From IMG/VR virus record IMGVR_UViG_3300042887_003609, positions 1 through 64,000 of that record: a stretch of 64,000 bases of DNA; one strand, given 5' to 3'. This DNA comes from a virus. Position numbers and translations under genes: made by a program. The notes under the pieces are model-generated. The model was not told where the DNA came from and searched no databases. It saw only the letters and a program-made list of their open reading frames with translations. Below, in pieces: positions 30,194 to 40,087 of this stretch. Numbering within the stretch: position 1 is the stretch's first letter; each line of letters starts with the position of its first letter.

Positions 30194-32869
30194 TTAGTTA
30201 TAATTATCTAGTCCAAAAAGCATTGAGTTAAACGTAGCTAAATCAATAGGGTTTTGTGGTATGTATTGTAAAGTTCTAGTTTTAGTATCTATTATAGTTC
30301 CAGATGGAACTACCATCCCATCATCTTGCATTTTAAATGTAATGTCTGCTTGAATCTTTGGATTATAATATTGATACTGACCTGTGCTTTTTAAAATTAC
30401 TTCTCTATTATTTACAGAAGTATTTTGATTTAAGTAAGTATTACTTATAGTCTGTTTTGGAATTACTACTGTAATACCTTGAGAAATAACTTTATTATAT
30501 TCTTCCTCTTCTATAGCTTTAGAATCTAATAAAGCTTTTAATGTTTTATCATCTGCTGAAGGTCTTATATGAAGTGTTCCATATTTTTTTGATCCTAAAC
30601 CTAATGGTGAATATGAATATGCTACAGGATTTTTATTAACTCTCATATTAACTCTTAAGTTATTAACATATCCTTGCATTACGTCAGATGCTTTTATATC
30701 TTCAAAATCATCTTCTGATTCACTTCTTACAGTTTCAGGAGAACCTAATGCAACTTTAGAACCTGCTAAACTAGAAGTAATATCATATAATGCAAGAGTT
30801 TGCTTTGACTTATTTCTTTTTGGATCTGCAACACCACTAATTACATAATCAGTAGTTATACCACCTCCACCGCCAAGACCTATACCTCCGGCAGGAACAT
30901 AAGATTTATTTTGAATAGCATAGTTTATATACTTTTCATCAAAGTCTTCTTTTTGATCATCATATAAACTTTCAAAATATTGTTTAGCTGTTGTTTTAGA
31001 ACCAAACATTCGTTTAAATCCTTCTATTTCTGCAGATGCAAAACCAGATAACATTCTTTGTTCTAATCCTTTAGTACCATACTTTGATACATATTCATTA
31101 TAAGCAGCAGTTTTGTTTCTTAATCTTCCATTTTTATCAAACATAGAAGATAATAAAACTTTATCAAATTCATCAGTAGCTTTATCTGCTAATAGATTAT
31201 TAACTACAGCCTTATTATTTTTTGCAATTGTTACATCAGTAGCATCCATCATTTGTCTTGCATCGTTTGCATTTTTTAATGGTGTGCTAATAGCTGAATT
31301 TAATTCAGGATATCTTGTAAACAAATCAGAAATTTTACCGTGAATTGCTCTAAGTTTATTAGTAGATAAAACACCTGATTGTAAATCAGCAAGCTTTACA
31401 TTTTCAGACTGTAACATTTTATTTACAGCACTTTTAATATTTGGATCATTTATATTTAAAGCACCTGTTACTATAGAATTAACGGCACCAGAATAATTTT
31501 TCCAGGATTGATTATAAACCTCTCTATCTTCTTTAAGAACATTAATATCCTGACCAGCTTGAGTAGTAGTGGCTTGTGGAATAAATTCATCATAGTCACC
31601 TCCTTCTAATTCTTTTTTATATTTTTCAAGTTTAAGATCATAATTAAAGTCAAGCTCTTTTTCCATTTGAGTATAAGACCAATCTACTTTCTTTTTCCAA
31701 TTGTACATTTCAAACTCATCTGGTTTTTGTGATATCTGATAATCTTTATATGCTTGAATATTTGAAGCTTGTACAAGATTATCAGATATAAAACTTGATG
31801 CCTGAGATTGAATAGCTGCATTTTCTAAAATAGATAAATCATTATTATTATATGCATCTCTAATTACTCTAATTCTTTCATTTGTACTTTCAAGATTTTC
31901 AGAATAAACATTTTTTTGTTTTGTTAACTGCTGGTATTCTAATTGTTCTTTAGTAGAAAGCTTTCCACCATTTGATAATCTTGCATTATAAATATCAATT
32001 TTAGATTCTACATCATCTAAACTTTTTTGAATAAGTAATGTTTTTGCTGCATCATTATTTAATAAATCATTTGCAATAGTTGGAAAATATTCTGCTTTTG
32101 CTTGATTAATATCTCCATTATATTTTGTATTTGCTAATGGTAAAACATCATTCATTACATTAACATATGCTTGAGTTTGAGCATATTTTTTTACACGAGG
32201 ATCAACTCCAAGAGTTGAAGATAATTGTTGTAATATTACATTAAAAGCTTTTGGTCCATTTTTAGTAGTTACCATATAACCACCAGACTTTTCATCAATT
32301 GATATGTTAGTAAACTTTTCACCCAATATTTTTTCAGCTTCAGTAAATATATTTACATATGGAACATATTCCGGTGCAGAAACCTTTCTTGCATTTTCAT
32401 CATCACTACTTTGAAATTCTTTTAATTTGTAGTTAATAGCTTGCATTGATACATCTGAGTATTTTCCTTTACAATCATCAGATAAACAATTTTTATAACT
32501 TTCTCCTTCACTTAAAGCCTGTTTAGCTTTTTTAGTGTACATCATGTCATATACAATATTGTTATCCTCATAAAAAGGTTTAAAAACATTGCTAGCCAAT
32601 TGTACATTTTGTGGAAGAGATAAATCAAGTGATGATATTTTTTTAATATTATCTTCTGCAGCTTTTAAAAATTCTGCTCTTCTTTGTTGATTAACAGGTC
32701 TAGTCAAATCTGAATTAAGAATTGAACTATACACATCATTTACCTGACTAAATCCTGCGTTATATTGACTCTGCTTATATTGCAAAGCATTCATCAAAAA
32801 GTCATAGTCAGGTTTAAATGGCTGGATATCCGGAAAGGTATCTGTTATATTAGGAATATAGGTTGCCAT
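30194..32869 (-). CDS. Virion cargo/ejection protein
   Basis: Helical 891-aa protein in the crAss-like cargo block upstream of the RNAP. Confidence 0.65.
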   Translation of the reverse strand: MATYIPNITDTFPDIQPFKPDYDFLMNALQYKQSQYNAGFSQVNDVYSSILNSDLTRPVNQQRRAEFLKAAEDNIKKISSLDLSLPQNVQLASNVFKPFYEDNNIVYDMMYTKKAKQALSEGESYKNCLSDDCKGKYSDVSMQAINYKLKEFQSSDDENARKVSAPEYVPYVNIFTEAEKILGEKFTNISIDEKSGGYMVTTKNGPKAFNVILQQLSSTLGVDPRVKKYAQTQAYVNVMNDVLPLANTKYNGDINQAKAEYFPTIANDLLNNDAAKTLLIQKSLDDVESKIDIYNARLSNGGKLSTKEQLEYQQLTKQKNVYSENLESTNERIRVIRDAYNNNDLSILENAAIQSQASSFISDNLVQASNIQAYKDYQISQKPDEFEMYNWKKKVDWSYTQMEKELDFNYDLKLEKYKKELEGGDYDEFIPQATTTQAGQDINVLKEDREVYNQSWKNYSGAVNSIVTGALNINDPNIKSAVNKMLQSENVKLADLQSGVLSTNKLRAIHGKISDLFTRYPELNSAISTPLKNANDARQMMDATDVTIAKNNKAVVNNLLADKATDEFDKVLLSSMFDKNGRLRNKTAAYNEYVSKYGTKGLEQRMLSGFASAEIEGFKRMFGSKTTAKQYFESLYDDQKEDFDEKYINYAIQNKSYVPAGGIGLGGGGGITTDYVISGVADPKRNKSKQTLALYDITSSLAGSKVALGSPETVRSESEDDFEDIKASDVMQGYVNNLRVNMRVNKNPVAYSYSPLGLGSKKYGTLHIRPSADDKTLKALLDSKAIEEEEYNKVISQGITVVIPKQTISNTYLNQNTSVNNREVILKSTGQYQYYNPKIQADITFKMQDDGMVVPSGTIIDTKTRTLQYIPQNPIDLATFNSMLFGLDNYN

Positions 32870-32921
32870 GATTACAATACAATATACTAAAAATTATTAA
32901 GGTTTAATAAATTCTAAAAGT

Positions 32922-35612
32922 TTACCTTCTATTTCTAAGATTCATAAAGTCTCTTAAAAAATCATTTCTTGAATCAGATTTATTACTTGAACCAGATCCA
33001 TTAAATCTTTTAATTAATTCTTTATCTATATCTTCTTTAGAAAGATTAGGAAAGTTTTCAGCATAGAATTTTCTTAAACTTTCTATACTTGGTTGTGATT
33101 GTTGTGATGAGCCAGATAAACTTCTTTGATTAGGAACAAATGAAAGTCCTCCACCAATAGCAGGATTTATGGCAAATTCAGGATACAAAGTATTTAATAC
33201 TTGAGTCATTGCATTATTTGTAATTGCATTAGTAGCTTGCTGATTAATTTCAGCATTTGCAGTGCGTTTAGCATTATCATACTGTTGATTAGCAATAACT
33301 GTTTTATCATAGTAATTTGATTTAGCTAAAGCATTCTTCATATTGAAATCATTAATCAATGCTTTATTAGACTGTTCAAATTGATTAGCTACACCTACAT
33401 TAAGATTGTTATATCTACCAAGTATATCAGCTGCACCTTTTAAACCAGATCCTTGAATCTGAGAAGCTCTAGAACTTAATGCTTGAGGGCCTGCAAACTG
33501 TCCTAAGTTTTGAGTAACTAAATTTGCCATTTCAGCATTTGCAGCTAACTCTCTACTTGGATCATAGAATGTAGGATCCATTAACATTGGTTGAGGCATA
33601 GCAACATCATAAGGCATGTATTTATTTATACCTAATCTGTTACCTAATGCTAATCCTAAATTCATTAAATCTTGAGGATAAACTCCAGCAGATGGTCTTG
33701 CTACATTAGCAGCAACCAATGGATCTTGAGTATATGAACCAACTTCATCTTGTTTTGTTGGGGCAACATCTACTTTCTTTTTAGGTACATTAAATAATAC
33801 TCTTGTTTCAAAAAACTTACCAGCTTTTTCATCTAATGCATTAGGAACACCACTTGTTTTTGTAGGATCAAAACCAATTTTATTTAAAAAACCTTTAGCT
33901 TCTTGAGGTGAATAACCTGCATTTATAAATCTATTAAACATTTCAGAATTATACATTCTCATAGCTTTTCCTACTTGAGATGGATCTGACCAATTAATAG
34001 GTCCATACCATGACCAGTTCTGACTTGCTTGTTCAGGATTAAATCTACCAAAAGTACCTTGCTTTGTTGTAGTCTGTAATTTTTCAAAACCTTCTTGAGG
34101 TACATTAAGACTTGGATCTAAAGTATTTAAAATCTTTACTAACTCTGGATCATATGTACTATATTCAAATGTTTGACCATTTTGTGCTTTACCCATAGAT
34201 ACTTGAGCATCTTGTGGAGTCATTACATCTGGCATAAACATAGAAGGATCCATTCCTACTTTCTGCATATAAGGCATAGAGATAGATGGTGGTCCTTGTG
34301 GAAATCCTTTACGTGCTTCTTGTACTAAAGCAAGTTTACCCAACTGTGAAAGATTGTTATCATACATTCTTTTAGCAGTTGATCTAGCAATAATATCTGC
34401 AGTAGGATCATTTAATGTTTTTTGAATATCCGGATTATTAAGATTAAACTTCTTTGATATTTTAGCAGGAGTATAACCACCTTTCTTATAAGACATACCA
34501 AAAGATTCTAATATTGCGGGATCTTTAATCTTCATGTCTTTTGTATCAGAGAATATAAAATCACCACCACCGGCTTGAAGTGGAGTACCACCTTCACTGT
34601 GACGTTTACCACCAATCTTATACATATTAAGAATACCATTATCAGATGGCTTAACAATTGTTTCACCAGCTTCAGCTTCAATGTTAGCTATCTCTCTTGG
34701 TACTTCTTCTGCATACTGTCTTACAGAACTTTCATCTTCACCTCCTAACATATTACTATATTTAGATCTTCTTACATTAGAATTGTAAGGATACATTTCA
34801 TCTACAGCTTGTGTATTTTGAGTACCTCCATAAGCTTCTTTGGGTAACCCTGTGATTTTAATTTTTCTTTTCATTTGTCCACCGTATTGTGCAATTTTAC
34901 CAAACTGTCCGTAAACAGCTTCATCAGGTCTAAAGTTAAGACCTGTACCATAATTTAATGTATAATCTCCTCTATTACCAGAATAACCTTCAGGTATAGA
35001 AGCATATAAAGAGTCAGATAAAAATCTATTTCTAAATTGATCTTCAGCTCTATTCTGTTCTCTTTTCTTACCCATGTTTGCAAATATTCCAGTTTGTATT
35101 AAAGGAACCATCCCTGCAATTTGAGTTAGCTTAGATAAATCACCTAAAGATTTATCAGAATTACTTACCGGAGCATAGCCTGGTGCATATGCGGCATCTT
35201 CTGTAAATACAGTTCCTTCAGGAGAAGCTGTATATTGTTCTGCTACATTAGCATAATAGTTACTTGATGTAAGAGGTCCATAAGGCTCATTGAACATATC
35301 TACATCATCTACTAAAGGAGTTACAGAAGGTGCAACTCTAGACATGCTAAAGTTAGGAGCACCAAAAACACTAGCTGAATCAAATGGCTTTGTCATTACA
35401 GGATTTTCTGTAGAGAATGGTACCATTCCCTGTGTACTACTAGGTGTAGTATTTGTACTTCCTTTTGTTACATCTCCATAAAAACCAAACATATTTTGAT
35501 TTGCTTTCCATATATCTTGTTGCTGAGGAGTTAACACAATAGGAGGTTTTCCTGCAAATTGCGCTTTAGGTAAAGATTTAATTCTGACTTTCTTTTTCAT
35601 GTTTTTAATCAA
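32922..35612 (-). CDS. Virion cargo protein
   Basis: NIEAEAGE...GKRHSEGG...FIFSD domain recalled from crAss-like cargo proteins; Q/N/A-rich C-terminus; AQYGG and EAYGG motifs. Confidence 0.65.
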   Translation of the reverse strand: MIKNMKKKVRIKSLPKAQFAGKPPIVLTPQQQDIWKANQNMFGFYGDVTKGSTNTTPSSTQGMVPFSTENPVMTKPFDSASVFGAPNFSMSRVAPSVTPLVDDVDMFNEPYGPLTSSNYYANVAEQYTASPEGTVFTEDAAYAPGYAPVSNSDKSLGDLSKLTQIAGMVPLIQTGIFANMGKKREQNRAEDQFRNRFLSDSLYASIPEGYSGNRGDYTLNYGTGLNFRPDEAVYGQFGKIAQYGGQMKRKIKITGLPKEAYGGTQNTQAVDEMYPYNSNVRRSKYSNMLGGEDESSVRQYAEEVPREIANIEAEAGETIVKPSDNGILNMYKIGGKRHSEGGTPLQAGGGDFIFSDTKDMKIKDPAILESFGMSYKKGGYTPAKISKKFNLNNPDIQKTLNDPTADIIARSTAKRMYDNNLSQLGKLALVQEARKGFPQGPPSISMPYMQKVGMDPSMFMPDVMTPQDAQVSMGKAQNGQTFEYSTYDPELVKILNTLDPSLNVPQEGFEKLQTTTKQGTFGRFNPEQASQNWSWYGPINWSDPSQVGKAMRMYNSEMFNRFINAGYSPQEAKGFLNKIGFDPTKTSGVPNALDEKAGKFFETRVLFNVPKKKVDVAPTKQDEVGSYTQDPLVAANVARPSAGVYPQDLMNLGLALGNRLGINKYMPYDVAMPQPMLMDPTFYDPSRELAANAEMANLVTQNLGQFAGPQALSSRASQIQGSGLKGAADILGRYNNLNVGVANQFEQSNKALINDFNMKNALAKSNYYDKTVIANQQYDNAKRTANAEINQQATNAITNNAMTQVLNTLYPEFAINPAIGGGLSFVPNQRSLSGSSQQSQPSIESLRKFYAENFPNLSKEDIDKELIKRFNGSGSSNKSDSRNDFLRDFMNLRNRR

Positions 35613-37287
35613 TATATTCTACACCATATCCCATGTCCATTAGACGTTGGATTTCTGATTCATCTAATTCCATAGTATCTCCCATACCTATTTGACCACC
35701 TTCTTGCTTTGCAAAGTTTCTTGCAAAGTTAGCTTTTTTTCTCATTTCAGGAGAATACTTACCTTTAGGAGCATTCAATATAGTTTTAGCTGCTTCTTGT
35801 ACACCCATACCCATTCTAGTTGCTTGAGCTTTAAATGTACCTTTCTTAGCAGGATCAATATAAATACCACCTTTTTTCATTTGAAACTGACTCTCTTGAA
35901 TAGCTTTCATAATTTGCTCAAGAGCTTTTTGCTGTTCTTCAGGAGGCATGCTTTGAAGTTGTTTCATAATTTCACCAGGATCAGTTTGTGTCATTTGAGC
36001 ATACATCTGGATAGCTTGCATAATTTGTTCTTGCTGTTGACCACCATCCTGATACATACCACCTTTCATCATTTGATACATGCTTTCCATATCTCCACCA
36101 TAAGCCATATTGCTCATGATTTTATTTTGTACATAATCTGGTAAAGCTTGGAATCCAGGATTTTGTGGCTCGCCACCTTCAGCCCAAGTTCCAAAACGTT
36201 TATGCCAGTATAATGGACTAAATGGATCTGTAGCTTTAGCAGAATCTTTTCCTCCCATTCTACTCCAGAATTTATCTTTACGTTTTTCTGAACCATGTTG
36301 AGAGAAATCTTTCATACCTTTATATCCACCGTGTACTACTTTATACTTATCACCTTTCTTAGCAAGCACCATCCATTTTTTACCTGGACGGGTTGATTGT
36401 CTTTTAACACCAACTTTAGTGAAACCTTTATTCTTATAACGCTGAGGAATACCACCTTTGGCCATTTGTTCCATCTCACCCATGTTATAATCTTCCTCTT
36501 CTTCTACTTCAATATCTCTTCCATTATCTTCTGAGTACATTAGGTAATCACTAATAGAATCAATATAATCATCAGCCATTGTAATTTTACTAGATACCCA
36601 AGGTTCAAGATCACTATCTCCACCAATAAACTGACGAAGCTTTTCAGCTTTTTCCATAATAGACATAAGTTGACCTAAAGCCATTTCACCATCAGGTTCT
36701 CCGCCATCATCCATTCTTTTAACCATACCTCCACATTCATAACATGGTTGACCACCTCTTGCATAACCATAACTATCCATCATAGATTGATTACCTGCAG
36801 CTTTAAATCTTTTTTCTGCTAACCATTGAGGCATCTTACCACCTTCAGCCATAAGCATAGGTAACATTTGCATGGCAAAACTTGCCATACCTTGATTACT
36901 TGAACCTGAAGATTGCTGATTAGGATTCATTGGAATCATAGTAGGAACCATAGAGTTTGCATAATCTAAAACATTCTGACCATACTCCTGAATATTAGCA
37001 TCAGGATTCATCTCCATTCCATTTTGAGCTTTACGGTATCCACCACCTCTACTCTTATAGGTCTTAACTAACCATGCTGAACCATAAGCAGAAGGCCATC
37101 TATCAAATTTTTGTTTTGCTTCTGATTTTACTCTAGAGTATAGCTGTGGATTAGTTGGTACATTACCACCTTTTTTCATTTGTCTAGCTTCAGGATATGC
37201 CTGGAAGAATGCTTCTTCCGAAGGAAACATATTGTAGAACTCTTCTTCAGTTTCTACACCAGCTATTTTTAAGAATTTATCTTTCAT
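35605..37287 (-). CDS. Met/Gln-rich multi-domain protein with 11 Phi-x-x-GG motifs (putative internal polyprotein)
   Basis: MKKGG, MAEGG, YARGG, MDDGG, MAKGG, WAEGG, MAYGG, MMKGG, YQDGG, MKKGG, KQEGG separate small domains. Confidence 0.7.
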   Translation of the reverse strand: MKDKFLKIAGVETEEEFYNMFPSEEAFFQAYPEARQMKKGGNVPTNPQLYSRVKSEAKQKFDRWPSAYGSAWLVKTYKSRGGGYRKAQNGMEMNPDANIQEYGQNVLDYANSMVPTMIPMNPNQQSSGSSNQGMASFAMQMLPMLMAEGGKMPQWLAEKRFKAAGNQSMMDSYGYARGGQPCYECGGMVKRMDDGGEPDGEMALGQLMSIMEKAEKLRQFIGGDSDLEPWVSSKITMADDYIDSISDYLMYSEDNGRDIEVEEEEDYNMGEMEQMAKGGIPQRYKNKGFTKVGVKRQSTRPGKKWMVLAKKGDKYKVVHGGYKGMKDFSQHGSEKRKDKFWSRMGGKDSAKATDPFSPLYWHKRFGTWAEGGEPQNPGFQALPDYVQNKIMSNMAYGGDMESMYQMMKGGMYQDGGQQQEQIMQAIQMYAQMTQTDPGEIMKQLQSMPPEEQQKALEQIMKAIQESQFQMKKGGIYIDPAKKGTFKAQATRMGMGVQEAAKTILNAPKGKYSPEMRKKANFARNFAKQEGGQIGMGDTMELDESEIQRLMDMGYGVEYID

Positions 37288-37288
37288 A

Positions 37289-40087
37289 TTATTTATATTT
37301 TTTTAACCAGTTAGTTTGTCCACCATCTTTCTTTTTATAAACAGGAATACCTTGTTTATTTTTTTCATAGTAGAATCTATCATAAACTTCATAAGGTTTT
37401 TTAAACCCATAAACTAAATCAGTAATTAAAGGTCCAAAGTCATATACATCATATAATGATATGTACTTACCTTTTTCATCCTCGCCTTTATCCAAAGTAA
37501 AATTTTGCAAAGGATCTTGTTGACTAAATGCTACACCAGAGGCTTCTAAATTTTTTCTACCTTTAATATAAGGATCTAATGAGGGTATTAATACTTTTGT
37601 TTCACCAGGCTTTAATTCTTTTTGTGCTTTTACGTAAGCATTAATAAGCTTTTGAGGATCATACATATTCTCAAATCTTACATATTCTGTATCATTGTCT
37701 TCTGAATTAGCAGGTTTATAACTAGCAGGCTTAATATATTTGAAGTCATCTTTAAAACCTAATCCTTTTCTCCATGCTTCTTCAGAAGGAGATAAGTTAC
37801 CCTTTTTATCTTTTAAAGGTTCAACAGAAGGATTATTTAATTTTATTATTGCATCTAATACATCAGGATATTCAATAGGTCTATACTTATCAAATACTTC
37901 ATCTTTAAAATAGTTTAAACCTGTACCCAAAACTTTAGTTGTAAATCTTAATCCTGGATGATATTTTATAAAATTTTTAGCAAGCCATTTACCACCATCA
38001 AACAAAGTATTAGCAAAAGTTTTAACGCCAGGACTTGTAGCTGCTATTTTAATTTCTTGCATCCTATCTGGATTCTGCTCAGTTGATGTTTCACCACCTT
38101 CTTGATATTGATTTAACCATCCACCATATTTTTTACCTGGAGTATATTCAGATATAGGTGATCTATTGTAGTGAATTAAATATTCTCCGTTATCAAACTT
38201 TTTAGGATCTATCCCCATTCTTTCTGCCATAATGTTTTTTAAATTAGCAGATGAGTCATTTACATACTCTCCCATTTGTCTTCCAGAATTAATCATTTCT
38301 TGATCTATAGGAAAATATCCAGCTAAATTAAATTTAGATGGATCTTGAATAACAAATGTTTTCCTACCCCCATAATAATAATCCGGTCTATTTGTTGGTA
38401 GCCCCGCTTGTGCTAGTCTACTTGCATAAATAGATTCAGGTATTTTTGAAGCAAAATTATCATCAGTTTCTGTTGTTTTAATGTTTTTATTATTTCTATC
38501 ATATTTAGATCTATACTTATTAGACAGATCTAAATTGTGAAGTTTTGCCCACTCTCTTATTTCAGGATTGTTTAACATTTCAACCCTGGTTTGTTCTGCG
38601 CGATTCCAAATTTGATCAGGTCTATTTGCAGTATAATCATCAACCATCTCAATATTGTATCCTTGAGTTGCTAGTGCTTCATCAAATCTTTGATTAAGAT
38701 TGGACATTCCACTTTCAACTTGTTGTTTTTTATCATAACCTACACTTTGATCATAGTCTACAAGGGAACTTTTATCTCCCTTTAAAATATAAGCGTATGT
38801 TTCTGGAGAGTTTAAGAAATAGTTTCCAGGATTTTGATTTAAATTGGTTGTCCATATTCTATTTGGACCGTATCCATCATCAATGGTGTTTCCTTTATTA
38901 AGTGGTAAATTCCCAAAAGATCTTCCGACCATCTGTGGAAGAATGTAATCTTGTTCTAAAGATGTTTGAAAATTAGAAGCTGGTAAATTAATTCTATCGC
39001 CAGAAGTTAGTCTATTATCAATAGGATAATAAGAAGCAGCTACATTAACTAATTCTTCTAGCGTAGGATTTAATAAATTTACAGGAATATTAGGTTGAAA
39101 GGTAGTTTCTCCTTTAGTAGAACCCTTTGCTATTTCAGGATATATAGTAAGTGAGGGATTGTAAACTAAATTACCTTCCGTATCATACATATATCTATTA
39201 CTATCGCTTATCTTTTTTCTTTTAACTCTAATGTCAACAGGAGCTATTCTTGTAGGATTTTGTTCAGTTGATGTTTCTCCACCCTTTTGATAATTATCTA
39301 ACCAACCCCCGTACTTCTTTTTTTCTACCTCATCTTGTACAGTATCTGCTGCATTTATTATTTGTTGCCAAGGTAAATACTTATAAACAGCTTTCATTGC
39401 ATCTGGATCAGCCAAATACTTTAGTTTACCTAATTTACCTAATGCTGGTACAGCACCAAACATATCCATTCCTTGCTCAAAACTTGGTAAGGTTGATCCT
39501 GATTTTTTCCATTTTTGATATGCTCTTCTAGCATCATCATGTGATGTATATCCAGTAGGATCAAAAAATTCTACTATGTTTTCTGCAGTAGAGTCAGGCA
39601 TTGCATCATCCCATTCTTGAGTAGTATACCATTGTCCACCTTGTTGCTTACGCTTATGATTATAATCTATACGCTTACCAGAAGTCTTTTCTCTTTTAAA
39701 CTTTGCTTTTTCAGCAGAAGACATTTCAGATGTAGTTTTAGGAGTAGTTTCATTTACTCTCTTCTTTGGTCTACATGCAGGATATGGTCTACCATCTTTG
39801 TCCTTACCAGATCTGCCACAAGGTTTACCAGTTTTAATATCTGTCCACTCTTCAGCAAACCATTGTGTTAAACCACCTTTACCCATCTGTGGTATTTCTG
39901 TAACATAATCACCGGGAAATGTATAATCCATTCCTGGCATCATAAGTTCTTGATTACCAAGGTTATCAATACCTAATACAGGATAGTTAACACCCTGCAT
40001 GGTTATATTATTAGAAGGTATAATAGTAACTTCACCGGGATATTCCCACTGACCAAATGGAGTTACTATAGGTTTCTTTTTACCCAT
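37289..40087 (-). CDS. Modular cargo protein with GG-delimited cassettes
   Basis: MGKGG, KQQGG, two copies of KKYGGWL-x-x-YQ-x-GGETSTEQNP, terminal KKDGG. Confidence 0.7.
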   Translation of the reverse strand: MGKKKPIVTPFGQWEYPGEVTIIPSNNITMQGVNYPVLGIDNLGNQELMMPGMDYTFPGDYVTEIPQMGKGGLTQWFAEEWTDIKTGKPCGRSGKDKDGRPYPACRPKKRVNETTPKTTSEMSSAEKAKFKREKTSGKRIDYNHKRKQQGGQWYTTQEWDDAMPDSTAENIVEFFDPTGYTSHDDARRAYQKWKKSGSTLPSFEQGMDMFGAVPALGKLGKLKYLADPDAMKAVYKYLPWQQIINAADTVQDEVEKKKYGGWLDNYQKGGETSTEQNPTRIAPVDIRVKRKKISDSNRYMYDTEGNLVYNPSLTIYPEIAKGSTKGETTFQPNIPVNLLNPTLEELVNVAASYYPIDNRLTSGDRINLPASNFQTSLEQDYILPQMVGRSFGNLPLNKGNTIDDGYGPNRIWTTNLNQNPGNYFLNSPETYAYILKGDKSSLVDYDQSVGYDKKQQVESGMSNLNQRFDEALATQGYNIEMVDDYTANRPDQIWNRAEQTRVEMLNNPEIREWAKLHNLDLSNKYRSKYDRNNKNIKTTETDDNFASKIPESIYASRLAQAGLPTNRPDYYYGGRKTFVIQDPSKFNLAGYFPIDQEMINSGRQMGEYVNDSSANLKNIMAERMGIDPKKFDNGEYLIHYNRSPISEYTPGKKYGGWLNQYQEGGETSTEQNPDRMQEIKIAATSPGVKTFANTLFDGGKWLAKNFIKYHPGLRFTTKVLGTGLNYFKDEVFDKYRPIEYPDVLDAIIKLNNPSVEPLKDKKGNLSPSEEAWRKGLGFKDDFKYIKPASYKPANSEDNDTEYVRFENMYDPQKLINAYVKAQKELKPGETKVLIPSLDPYIKGRKNLEASGVAFSQQDPLQNFTLDKGEDEKGKYISLYDVYDFGPLITDLVYGFKKPYEVYDRFYYEKNKQGIPVYKKKDGGQTNWLKKYK
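38068..39320 (-). repeat. Direct repeat pair of about 65 bp (approx. 38068-38135 and 39253-39320) encoding KKYGGWLxxYQxGGETSTEQNP
   Basis: Shared core TCAGTTGATGTTTC-N-CCACC in both copies. Confidence 0.85.
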
